From contig JBMSSC010000017.1 of the NCBI GenBank assembly GCA_049424145.1, positions 1 through 29,412 on the forward strand: 29,412 nt of DNA. Reading direction: 5' to 3'. This stretch comes from Bdellovibrionia bacterium (GTDB lineage Bacteria > Bdellovibrionota > UBA1018). The notes beneath the pieces were generated by a model. The model did no database searches, was not told the DNA's origin, and saw only the letters and a list, made by a program, of their open reading frames with translations. Within the stretch, counting starts at the first letter, position 1; the number at the start of each line of letters is the position of its first letter. A program made the position numbers and the translations under genes. This document shows positions 7,952 to 16,416 of this stretch, one piece after another.

Positions 7952-10649
7952 GGCTGAGCCCCCGCTTCAGGTGCAGAGCTTTCCTTGCCCGAACCCGGTT
8001 CAGTGAGTGGTACGATGGAGGCCTGAGGCAGAGGAGCGGTCTCAGGCGGTTGAGCCACGGGCGCTGTGTTTGCCCCAGCTGGTGAGGCTGCTTTGTCGGG
8101 GACTAAAACGGCAGCGGGTGCGGGCCCTGACTGGGTTTTTGAGCTGGCTTGAGGGGTGTCTTCATCAATAGTGATGGTGGTCGGAGGGTGCTCGTTGACG
8201 AGCTTATCCAGATCCGGTAGCGAGCGGATGATCTCATCGCGCTTCATGCGTTGAGGATCCGTTCCTCCCGTACCCGCCTCAAGGAAGTCATCACGTTCTT
8301 TGAGCTTTCGATCCAAGATGCCGCGAACCTTCTCATATTGTCGGACAATGTGAGGGGTCATGAAGATGATGAGGTTACTTTTTTGGTTTTCCGTTTTGTG
8401 GCTTCTAAATAACCAGCCTAGGATCGGGATATCGCCTATGATGGGGATTTTATTGGTCGTTTCATTTGATTGCTGCGAATCAGACCCCCTAAGACCACGG
8501 TATCGGAATCTCCCACGACAACGGTGGTGTTGGCGCTGCGCTCGAGGGTTCCAAACGTTTGACCTTGGAGGGCAGGAGGAACGTTTTGGGTAATTTCACT
8601 GAGCTTTGTTGAGATGTCCATCTTCACAAAGTTAGTAATCTTATTGATTTGGGGCTTAATCTTAATCGAAAGCGAGACGGGTTCTTTTTGTGGATTGTTT
8701 TGCACCCCTTGCATCGTGACAATGGAGCTGGCAAAGGGGATCTTTTCAGTGGATTCAAAATTCGCTTCCGTATTATCGAGCGCAATGATCTGCGGAGTGG
8801 CTAAGATGTTTGCGTTGGTGTGCCCCTGGATGGCTTTGACGAGTCCATTGATGTTATTCACTTCAAGCCTTTGAGTTCCAAATGTGACCGGGGTTTTCTT
8901 CCCTTCAGCAAATGAAAGAATGGCTCCTGTTGAGGAAATGGGGTTGGTTAAGAACTTAGCCAAGTCGGTGTTGGTGAGTAGTCCTCGTCCATTGGCTACG
9001 TCCATTAAGTTGACCGAGTAGTCAAAGCTACGATCGATCTTCACTTCCATGATGACCACTTCAACGTAGACTTGGTTTCTGGGGATGTCGAGGCGATTGA
9101 TCACGCGCTGGACGGTGACAAAGTCTGAAGGAGAGGCCGTGATGACCAAGGAGTTCGTGGCTTTATCGGGAGAAATTTTAATCGACCCTTCAAACAGGGA
9201 TGTGGCATTGGGGTTCACGCCTGTTCCACTACCTCCCCCAGGGCTTCCTGTGGCTCGGGTATTGGATTGGGAAGAGAAGTTGTTTAGCGTGGAGGCAATT
9301 TGCTCAGCATCGGCAAATTGCAGGTAAACCACGTGAACTTTTCCGCCCCCAGTGGAGGCGGGCAGTCTCTGGTCCAGCTTGGCCACCAGTTCTCTGACTT
9401 GATCCGCGCCCTTGCTATTGGCATGAACAATGAGCGTATTGGTTCGCTCGTCGGCAATGATTGTGTTGATGATGCCGCCTTCTTTGGTGCGTCGGGCATT
9501 GAATCGTCCCCCACCCAGAGAGCCGCCAAAGCGTGCGCCGCCTCCGGCTGCTCCGGCTCCTCCTCCGGTTGAGGTGCCGGGGATCAATCCATCGATGAGT
9601 TTGGAGAGCTCTACGGCCGAGGCGTACTTAACGGGAACCACTTCAATCCCTGCATCAAAGCCCTCGACGTCTAAGATCTCCAGCATCTTCGAGAGCTTAG
9701 CAATGTTAGAGCCCGTATCCGTGACAATCACGGTATTGGTCTGTTCGTAAGAAATAATTCGAGAGTTAGCCGGCATGAAGCTTCGAAACGTTCGCGACAC
9801 TTCTTCGGCGCTAATGTACTTAAGTGGGAAGACGCGAGTGATTAAAGCATCCGTGTCGGGTGAGAAATCTCCGGTGTAGGTTCGCAGTTGCTTGTCTCGG
9901 GCATCCCGCTGGCGTGAGATGCGTAAGTATTTGCCTGAGGGAATCAAGGCAAAACCATTGATGTCTAAGGCCGTGAGGAAAACTTTCCAAGCCTCTCCGA
10001 CCGTCACAGGGGAATTGGAGATGATGGTGATCTTGCCTTTGACATCTTTATCGAGGATGAAGTTTTTCCCCGTCAGTTTGCCCAGGGTTTTTGCGATGTC
10101 CAAGATATCTGCGTCGGGAAAATTAAAGTCCGTAATCACGTCTTTACTTCCTTCGGCCGTTTCATCGTTAATGGTCAGAGGGGCAACCTTATTCTTGCTC
10201 ACCACGCCGTTGGGGACTTGTCCGCCGACAACGACACCTTGGTCCGTCACTAGGGGGTCGGGGCCTGATTGGGGTGATCCACCCACGGAGAGGGTTCGGG
10301 GTTTGTTTTTTGACCCCGCATTCTTTTCCTGCCTCAACGGGGCTCCTCCTGCTCCGCCTATGAGAGCCTGAGAGGGAGGATAGCTATCGTAGTCTTCCTC
10401 GTCGTCTTCTTCGTCCTCTAAGAATGCGCCTTTGGCAGAGGTTGATCCTTCGTTGGGTGCGGAATTCGTAAAGGGGTTAAATGGGCGTGCGCCGGGTAAG
10501 AACCCGCTTTTCCCTGAGGAGGGGGCTTGCTGAGCGCGGGCTCCTTGGGTGATGAGAACGATGAGTCCCACGATGCCTAGCCAGTAGACGCATTGAGTGG
10601 AGATTTCAAACCAATTCTTACTTTTATTTTCTTTTTTTAAAGAATTCAT
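7948..10649 (-). pseudogene. gspD: T2SS secretin GspD interrupted by a -1 frameshift at about 8472-8477 (real lesion or sequencing/assembly error); about 900 aa if restored
   Basis: ORF 8436..10667 has N0-N3 domains (FNFPDADILDI, IIADERTNTLIV, DKATNSLVIT) and the secretin core up to VVLGGLIR. The -1 frame continues QQSNETTNKIPIIGDIPILGWLFRSHKTENQKSNLIIFMTPHIV directly into ORF 7948..8361. Start taken at ATG 10649 behind GGGGAA. Confidence 0.88.
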
Positions 10650-10663
10650 GTTTATTCCCCGCA

Positions 10664-11842
10664 TCAACGGATGTCATATGTATACGTCATTTGCTTCCCG
10701 TCTTTTTTTACTTGAAGCTCTAAATGGTTGGCATTCTTCAGTTCACCTAACATTTCAAAGGCTTTTCCCGGGTCATTAATCGGAGTTCCGTTGAGACCCG
10801 CAATGACGTCCCCATTTTGAAGGCCGAGTTTGTCGTAGATGCTTCCAGGCACGATTTGAAAGAGTTTATAGCCACTGGCTGCCCCGTTTTCAAAGTTAGG
10901 CACCGCTCGAGCTTGAGTTAAAACGTTGTTGAAATCAGCTAAAGCCTTATCTACTTCTATCCGGGATACGTTGTACTGGTTTGTGGCCACTTTTTCAACG
11001 CCAGGGGCAGAGGAACCGGGAGAGAGCGATCGCCCTAGGGATAGCCTGGGGTTTTGGCTATTCTCCTCAGGGAGCTCGATAAACTCCCGTCTTCCGCTCA
11101 GCTTGTTCAAAAATGTGACTCGGCGGGCTTCGACTTTGAGGATCCGGATTTTCTCGGGGATCTCGTCGTCCACGCGTACGGGGTAGACCAGTTGCATGGA
11201 CTTATCTTCCAGAGTGGCAATCGACCACAGTTCATTTTCAAAAATCAAGGTACCAATGAGGTTCAAAGGAAGCGACGTTTTTACGGGGGCTCCCCCTGGA
11301 TCGGCGTTGCCGGGTCCACCGCCTGAGTTTTCTCCGGGAATGATGCCTTGGCTATTAAAGAGGTTTCGAGACAAAATGGGAGCGTAATCTGAAACGGTCT
11401 TTGAACGCAAGGGAAGACTTCCGAAAGCGGACGCTCGGATCGGGGGTGGATTAGGAATCATCTCACCGACCACCAGTGCTGTGAGATCCGAGAGGAAGTA
11501 GGTTGAGAACACCACTGTGATCAGGGTGCCATAGAGTGCCGTGTTTTTCTTTTTTAACGTGTTGGAGAGCCAGGCTTGAGCTTGTTCGGGATCAAAGTTT
11601 TGAAAGGTTTTTTTAGCCCAGTTTGCAGTCGCGCTCAGGAGTTGAGCGGCAGATCGCTCCGGGGCGTTGGAAGCATTCAACGCCACGTTGAGTTCGGGAG
11701 CTTCGCCTGGTGTTTGAGTGGTGAGTGTTTTATTTTTATTAAAATTTGATTTAAATTTCTCCAGCCACGGACTTTTCCCGGAAAGGCGGCTTTGCCAGGT
11801 TTTTAACTTCATTTTAAGGGGGTTATTGTTCTGTTCACTCAT
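10664..11842 (-). CDS. gspC: T2SS protein GspC with C-terminal PDZ domain
   Basis: Single hydrophobic segment near aa 103-127, HR-like domain (LNLIGTL...ATLED), PDZ GYKLFQIVPGSIYDKLGLQNGDVI; first gene of the operon. Confidence 0.92.
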   Translation of the reverse strand: MSEQNNNPLKMKLKTWQSRLSGKSPWLEKFKSNFNKNKTLTTQTPGEAPELNVALNASNAPERSAAQLLSATANWAKKTFQNFDPEQAQAWLSNTLKKKNTALYGTLITVVFSTYFLSDLTALVVGEMIPNPPPIRASAFGSLPLRSKTVSDYAPILSRNLFNSQGIIPGENSGGGPGNADPGGAPVKTSLPLNLIGTLIFENELWSIATLEDKSMQLVYPVRVDDEIPEKIRILKVEARRVTFLNKLSGRREFIELPEENSQNPRLSLGRSLSPGSSAPGVEKVATNQYNVSRIEVDKALADFNNVLTQARAVPNFENGAASGYKLFQIVPGSIYDKLGLQNGDVIAGLNGTPINDPGKAFEMLGELKNANHLELQVKKDGKQMTYTYDIR

Positions 11843-12000
11843 CTCGTTAGTAGTTATGACGCAAGTCTAATGCCAGGTCTAAAAAAAAAATCGAGATCGC
11901 GGGAGAACTTCAGGTTTGAAAACCCTGAATGATTTTAAGGGGGGGTGAAGAATCGGTGGGTATTTTTTGCCGATTCCAGAAAGATTCCTTTCCTTGGGGT

Positions 12001-12054
12001 TTGACAAATTGTCACTAGCAAAAGTATCTGCTGAAAAGATACGACATTTTGTCA
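12001..12054. promoter_or_regulatory. Pair of palindromic operator-like boxes overlapping a TTGACA hexamer in the gspC / acyl-CoA dehydrogenase divergent region
   Basis: TGACAaatTGTCA at 12002-12014 and cGACAtttTGTCA at 12042-12054; TTGACA at 12001-12006; inner inverted repeat GTATCT (12024-12029) / AGATAC (12037-12042). Confidence 0.45.
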
Positions 12055-12092
12055 GTCCAAAAAAAAGGGTTTTGAAGTCCCTGGAGGCCTCC

Positions 12093-13871
12093 ATGAGTTT
12101 GAGTGTTGAAAACAGTTTAATGAAGTCCCTATTCTTTGGGGAGATTCGAGAGGACCTTCTGTTCCCCTATCCTCAAGTGGGGGAAGAGGCTTCGGATCAG
12201 TTACGCATGACGTTGGACTCCATAGAACGATTTGCGCAGGACAAGGTGCACTCTTCCTCCTGGGATGAAAAAGGGGCGATGCCCAAGGAGATTGTCGCCG
12301 ATCTGTCGGAGCTGGGAGTGATGGGAGTGGCGGTTCCTGAGGAGTGGGGCGGCCTGGGCTTTCCTCAGTTTGGCTACGCTCGGATCATGGAAGAGATGGG
12401 GGGAATTGATGCGTCTTTAGCCACCACTCTCGGGGCGCACCAGAGTATTGGCTACAAAGCTCTGCTTCTTTTTGGAACCGAAGAGCAAAAGTCGAAGTAC
12501 CTCCCTAGGCTAGCCTCAGGCGAGCTGATTGCCTGTTACGGATTAACGGAGCCGCAAAGTGGTTCGGATGCTGCTTCGATTCAGAGTCGGGCCGTTCTGT
12601 CGGCCGATGGCACTCACTATGTGCTTTCGGGCAGTAAGCTTTGGATCACAAATGCCGGGATTGCGACGTTCATGACGGTGTTTGCAAAGACTGAGGTTTT
12701 GGATAAAGACGGGCAGAAAAAAGAAAAAGTGACCTGCTTTTTCCTGGAGCTACCGGCAGAGGGGGTCTCTATTGGGCCTGCTGAGCATAAGTTGGGCATA
12801 CGAGCTTCCTGGACCAATGCCGTCTATTTTGATCAAGTGAAGATTCCCGCAGGTCAAGTGATTGGGGGAGTGGGACAAGGCTTTAAGGTAGCCATGGGGG
12901 TATTAAACCATGGGCGCTTAGGTCTGGCTGCAGGGTGCGTGGGAGGAGGCAAAAGAGCTCTTCAAGCAGCGATTGCGCATGCCAACGAGCGGGTGCAGTT
13001 TCAAAAACGCATTGGTGAGTTTGAGATGATCCAGGAGAAGATTGGTAGGATGGCGGTGAACCTCTTTGCGGCCGAAAGTATGGTTTACATGACGGCCGAT
13101 CTGATGGATCGAAAAACGGTGGACTACTCCATTGAGAGCGCGATTGTGAAGGTTTTTGCCTCAGAGATGATTGGGGAGCTTACGGATGAGAACCTTCAGA
13201 TTTGGGGTGGTGCTGGATTCATGAAGGAGTATCCGTATGAGCGTTGGGTGCGAGACGCTCGAATTAACCGAATCTTTGAAGGGGCAAACGAGGTGTTGCG
13301 CGCCTACATTGCCTTGGCCGGAATGCAGGCGCCGGGTCAACAGTTAGCGGGTTTGGCTGAGGCAATTCAGCACCCGCTGAAGGGGATTGGGCAAGTCAGT
13401 CACTTTGCGATCCGGGTGATGAAGAGAAATCTTCTGGGTCAGAGCTTGTCTCGCCCCCATTCCCGCTTACAAGAGATGACGGGAATTTTAGAGGAGTATG
13501 CCACCGAGTTTGCCATTCAGGTGGAAGGCTTGCTGAAGCGTCATGGTCGGAAGATTGCGCTCCAGCAGTTTGTTCAAAAGCGAGTCGCCGACATTGCCAT
13601 TGATCTTTATGCCATGAGCTGCATTCTATCGCGGGTGACGGCAAGCTTGGAGCAAAAGTCGGAGGCTCAGTGTGAGTTGGAGCTCGCGCTTGCTGATTCG
13701 TTTTTTGTTCGAGCCAATCGTAGGGTACGGGGGAACTTTAAGGCCATGGAGTCTAATGATGATGAGGGAATGAAGCGGATTGCCGAGAGGCTGTATGAGC
13801 AGGGGAAGTATCCCTTCGATGCGGGGGTGGATGCGGCGATCGACTGGAAAGCGGGTTCACGGCAAAAGTAG
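12093..13871 (+). CDS. Acyl-CoA dehydrogenase, ACAD9/VLCAD-like with C-terminal extension (start revised to ATG 12093, 592 aa)
   Basis: GLTEPQSGSDA, GSKLWITN, KLGIRAS, RVQFQKRI, QIWGGAGF and RINRIFEGANE (catalytic Glu position); GGAGG before ATG 12093. Confidence 0.93.
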   Translation: MSLSVENSLMKSLFFGEIREDLLFPYPQVGEEASDQLRMTLDSIERFAQDKVHSSSWDEKGAMPKEIVADLSELGVMGVAVPEEWGGLGFPQFGYARIMEEMGGIDASLATTLGAHQSIGYKALLLFGTEEQKSKYLPRLASGELIACYGLTEPQSGSDAASIQSRAVLSADGTHYVLSGSKLWITNAGIATFMTVFAKTEVLDKDGQKKEKVTCFFLELPAEGVSIGPAEHKLGIRASWTNAVYFDQVKIPAGQVIGGVGQGFKVAMGVLNHGRLGLAAGCVGGGKRALQAAIAHANERVQFQKRIGEFEMIQEKIGRMAVNLFAAESMVYMTADLMDRKTVDYSIESAIVKVFASEMIGELTDENLQIWGGAGFMKEYPYERWVRDARINRIFEGANEVLRAYIALAGMQAPGQQLAGLAEAIQHPLKGIGQVSHFAIRVMKRNLLGQSLSRPHSRLQEMTGILEEYATEFAIQVEGLLKRHGRKIALQQFVQKRVADIAIDLYAMSCILSRVTASLEQKSEAQCELELALADSFFVRANRRVRGNFKAMESNDDEGMKRIAERLYEQGKYPFDAGVDAAIDWKAGSRQK

Positions 13872-14082
13872 GCGATGAGCCAGAAGGCAAAGGGCGGCCG
13901 CAGGAGGTCCGGTTTTGGGACCAAGCGGTGTGCGAACTCGGGTGCCCATTGGGCCGATTCATGGGCCGCAAGGGGCTAGGGAGGGAGAAAGAGAGAAAAG
14001 ATTTCGATGTTTTAAGAAATTAATTTTCTGATTAGTTTCATGAGCTTAGACTTAATTTCTAGACGCTCTGACTGTGTCTTAA

Positions 14083-14111
14083 TTGACTTGTCTGACCTAG
14101 TGTGGTAGGTT
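14083..14111 (+). promoter_or_regulatory. Sigma70-type promoter for carD with extended -10
   Basis: TTGACT (14083-14088), 17-bp spacer ending in TGG, then TAGGTT (14106-14111). Confidence 0.55.
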
Positions 14112-14255
14112 CTCTCGGGTCAAAATTCTGCCTTTTTTGTCCAAGCAAAGAAAAGCGGGAAGTCAAAAGTGCTCGAAAAAGCGCCATGCTTCTCCCAGCT
14201 GATTGAAAGCCAAAAGCAAGAAAGAAAGAAAAGACGGTGTTGGAGGTTCTAAAGC

Positions 14256-14738
14256 ATGTTCAAAGTTGGTGACAGTGCAGTGTATCCGGCTCATGGTCTT
14301 GCCGTTATTAAGCGGATCGAAGAGAAGGATGTGGGTGGCAAAAAGAAGAAGTTCTATGTCCTCCAAGTCGTAGATAATCAAATGACGATCATGGTCCCTA
14401 CAGACAATGTGAGCTCCGTGGGGCTTAGGCAGATCATCTCAGATACTGATGTGAATCAAGTTTACGATATCTTAAAAGAGCGAAATGTAAAAATCGATCA
14501 AACTACTTGGAATCGCAGATACCGCGAGTACATGGAGAAAATTAAGACGGGCTCAATTTTTGAGATCGCCGAAGTTTTAAGAAATCTGTTTTTACTTCGT
14601 CATAGCAAAGATTTGTCCTTTGGTGAGCGGAAGATGCTGGATCAAGCCAAGCACCTTTTGGTCAAAGAGATTTCTCTTGCCAGGCAGTCCAAAGAAGAAG
14701 TCATCGAGCAAGAAATTCAAACGATTTTTGCTTCTTAA
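14256..14738 (+). CDS. carD: CarD/CdnL family RNA polymerase-binding transcription factor
   Basis: N-terminal FKVGDSAVYPAHG RNAP-interaction domain and WNRRYR with the conserved Trp; 160 aa with no HMGA tail (CdnL type); SD GGAGG. Confidence 0.95.
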   Translation: MFKVGDSAVYPAHGLAVIKRIEEKDVGGKKKKFYVLQVVDNQMTIMVPTDNVSSVGLRQIISDTDVNQVYDILKERNVKIDQTTWNRRYREYMEKIKTGSIFEIAEVLRNLFLLRHSKDLSFGERKMLDQAKHLLVKEISLARQSKEEVIEQEIQTIFAS

Positions 14739-14811
14739 ATCAAAAAAGAGATCCAAAGCCAAAGAGGATTCGTGCCACGGATCTGCTTGGCCACAGTAAG
14801 CGGGAGTCCCG

Positions 14812-16326
14812 ATGAGTCACACGCGCGTTCGATTTGCACCCAGTCCCACCGGTTACCTTCATGTGGGAGGAGCAAGGACCTTACTTTTTAATTGGCTGTA
14901 TGCAAAAAAAACCGGGGGCACCCTAGTTTTAAGGATCGAGGACACCGACCAGCAGCGAAGCACCCGTCAGAGTGAGCAGATGATTCTCTCGGATATGGCT
15001 CGACTGGGCTTGGACTATGAAGAAGGTCCGGATCGTCCTGGGGAGTTTGCGCCTTACCGGCAGTCGGAGCGGCTCTCGATTTATGCTCAGTACGCACGCG
15101 AGCTCTTAGCCAAAGACCAAGTCTATTATTGCTTTTGTAGCGATGAGTTACTCACACAAAAGCGAGAAGCGGCACTGAAGTTGGGGCGAATGCCTCATTA
15201 TGATGGAACCTGTGCCCATTTGCCGAAAGATCAAGTCGCCGAGCGGTTGGCACGCGGGGAGAAAGCAGGGCTTAGGTTTCGAGCCCCCCATCGATCCTAT
15301 GTGCTCGAGGATCATGTTCGCGGACGAGTCGAATTCAAAGAAGGCATGGTGGGGGATTTTCTCATCACCCGTACGCCAGCTTCCCATGAAAGTGAAATTG
15401 CCCAAGGCATTGGGTTTCCCGTCTATAATTTCTGCTGTGTGGTGGATGATCACCTCATGAAGATGACCCATGTGATTCGTGCCGAGGAGCATTTGTCCAA
15501 CACGGTTCGGCAATTGATGATCTATGAGGCGTTCGGTTGGAAAACCCCCGAGTTTGCTCACATTGCACTCGTGTTAGGACAAGATCGACAAAAACTCTCC
15601 AAACGCAGCGGGGACGTCTCGGTGTACGAGTACCTGGATCAAGGCTATTTGCCTGAGGCTTTGCTCAACTTTCTGGTGCTTTTGGGCTGGTCCCCCTCTG
15701 GGATTCTAAAAACAGAGTCCGGACATCCTGAAATTTTGAGTCGAAATGAAATGATTCAAGTCTTTGATCTGCAGGGGCTTCAAAAAGCAGCGGCTGTGTT
15801 TGACCTGCAAAAACTCAAGTGGATGAACTCTTACTACATCCGCAATCTGCCGTTAGCTGAGATCGTTGAGCGATCTAGGCCATTTTTTAAAAAAACCAGT
15901 TCGAAGCTTCAGGGGCGATCCGAGCAGTGGTTTAGCTCCGTCATTGAGATCGTTCGCGCAGAGGTTCAGCTTCTCAGTGAGCTTCCAGCTGCAGCGGAAT
16001 TGTTCCTTGAGTCCATGCCTGGGCTTGAGCCTCAAGCCCAGGAAGTGTTAAAAGAGTCCAGTTCTGGCCCCGTGGTTGAGGCATTAATTGCTGAACTCAT
16101 GAAGTGTGGCCCAGAGCTGACGGCCTCAGACGTGGATGCGTTAATGAAGACCGTTGGGGTCCAAACTCAAGCCCGTGGCAAAGCCCTCTTCATGCCCATT
16201 CGATCCGTGATTACCGGGAAAACCCATGGCCCTGAGCTGAAACTTGTGTTACCGCTCTTGGGCCGAGATTCAGTTTTAAAGCGAATCGAGGGTTTGAGAA
16301 ACCAAGTGGGGCAGGCCCGAGCTTAA
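14812..16326 (+). CDS. gltX: Glutamate--tRNA ligase
   Basis: RFAPSPTGYLHVGG (HIGH), LRIEDTD, YCFC...YDGTC zinc-site pattern, KLSKR (KMSKS), anticodon-binding C-terminus. Confidence 0.96.
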   Translation: MSHTRVRFAPSPTGYLHVGGARTLLFNWLYAKKTGGTLVLRIEDTDQQRSTRQSEQMILSDMARLGLDYEEGPDRPGEFAPYRQSERLSIYAQYARELLAKDQVYYCFCSDELLTQKREAALKLGRMPHYDGTCAHLPKDQVAERLARGEKAGLRFRAPHRSYVLEDHVRGRVEFKEGMVGDFLITRTPASHESEIAQGIGFPVYNFCCVVDDHLMKMTHVIRAEEHLSNTVRQLMIYEAFGWKTPEFAHIALVLGQDRQKLSKRSGDVSVYEYLDQGYLPEALLNFLVLLGWSPSGILKTESGHPEILSRNEMIQVFDLQGLQKAAAVFDLQKLKWMNSYYIRNLPLAEIVERSRPFFKKTSSKLQGRSEQWFSSVIEIVRAEVQLLSELPAAAELFLESMPGLEPQAQEVLKESSSGPVVEALIAELMKCGPELTASDVDALMKTVGVQTQARGKALFMPIRSVITGKTHGPELKLVLPLLGRDSVLKRIEGLRNQVGQARA

Positions 16327-16416
16327 ACGGCGTAAAGGAACTTCGTGTGGTCCATGCTGGGTTCCTCTTTTGCCTGAAGAGGCAGAAGCCAGGTGTTCAT
16401 TGGAGACTGAGTTCAA

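Noticed and set aside
7948..8361. 137-aa ORF as an independent gene
   Set aside because: Its frame extends upstream through the secretin signature IPIIGDIPILGWLF; it is the C-terminus of frameshifted gspD.
11967..12092. TTG-start extension of the acyl-CoA dehydrogenase
   Set aside because: Covers promoter-like DNA; ATG 12093 has a GGAGG SD and the family-typical N-terminus follows it.
13895..13930. SRP (4.5S) RNA suggested by AGGTCCGG
   Set aside because: The conserved GGAAGGAAGCAGC continuation is absent.
16327..16416. T-box or attenuator before cysS (hairpin CTTTTGCCT-GAAG-AGGCAGAAG)
   Set aside because: Only 90 bp, no T-box consensus seen and no U-tract after the hairpin.
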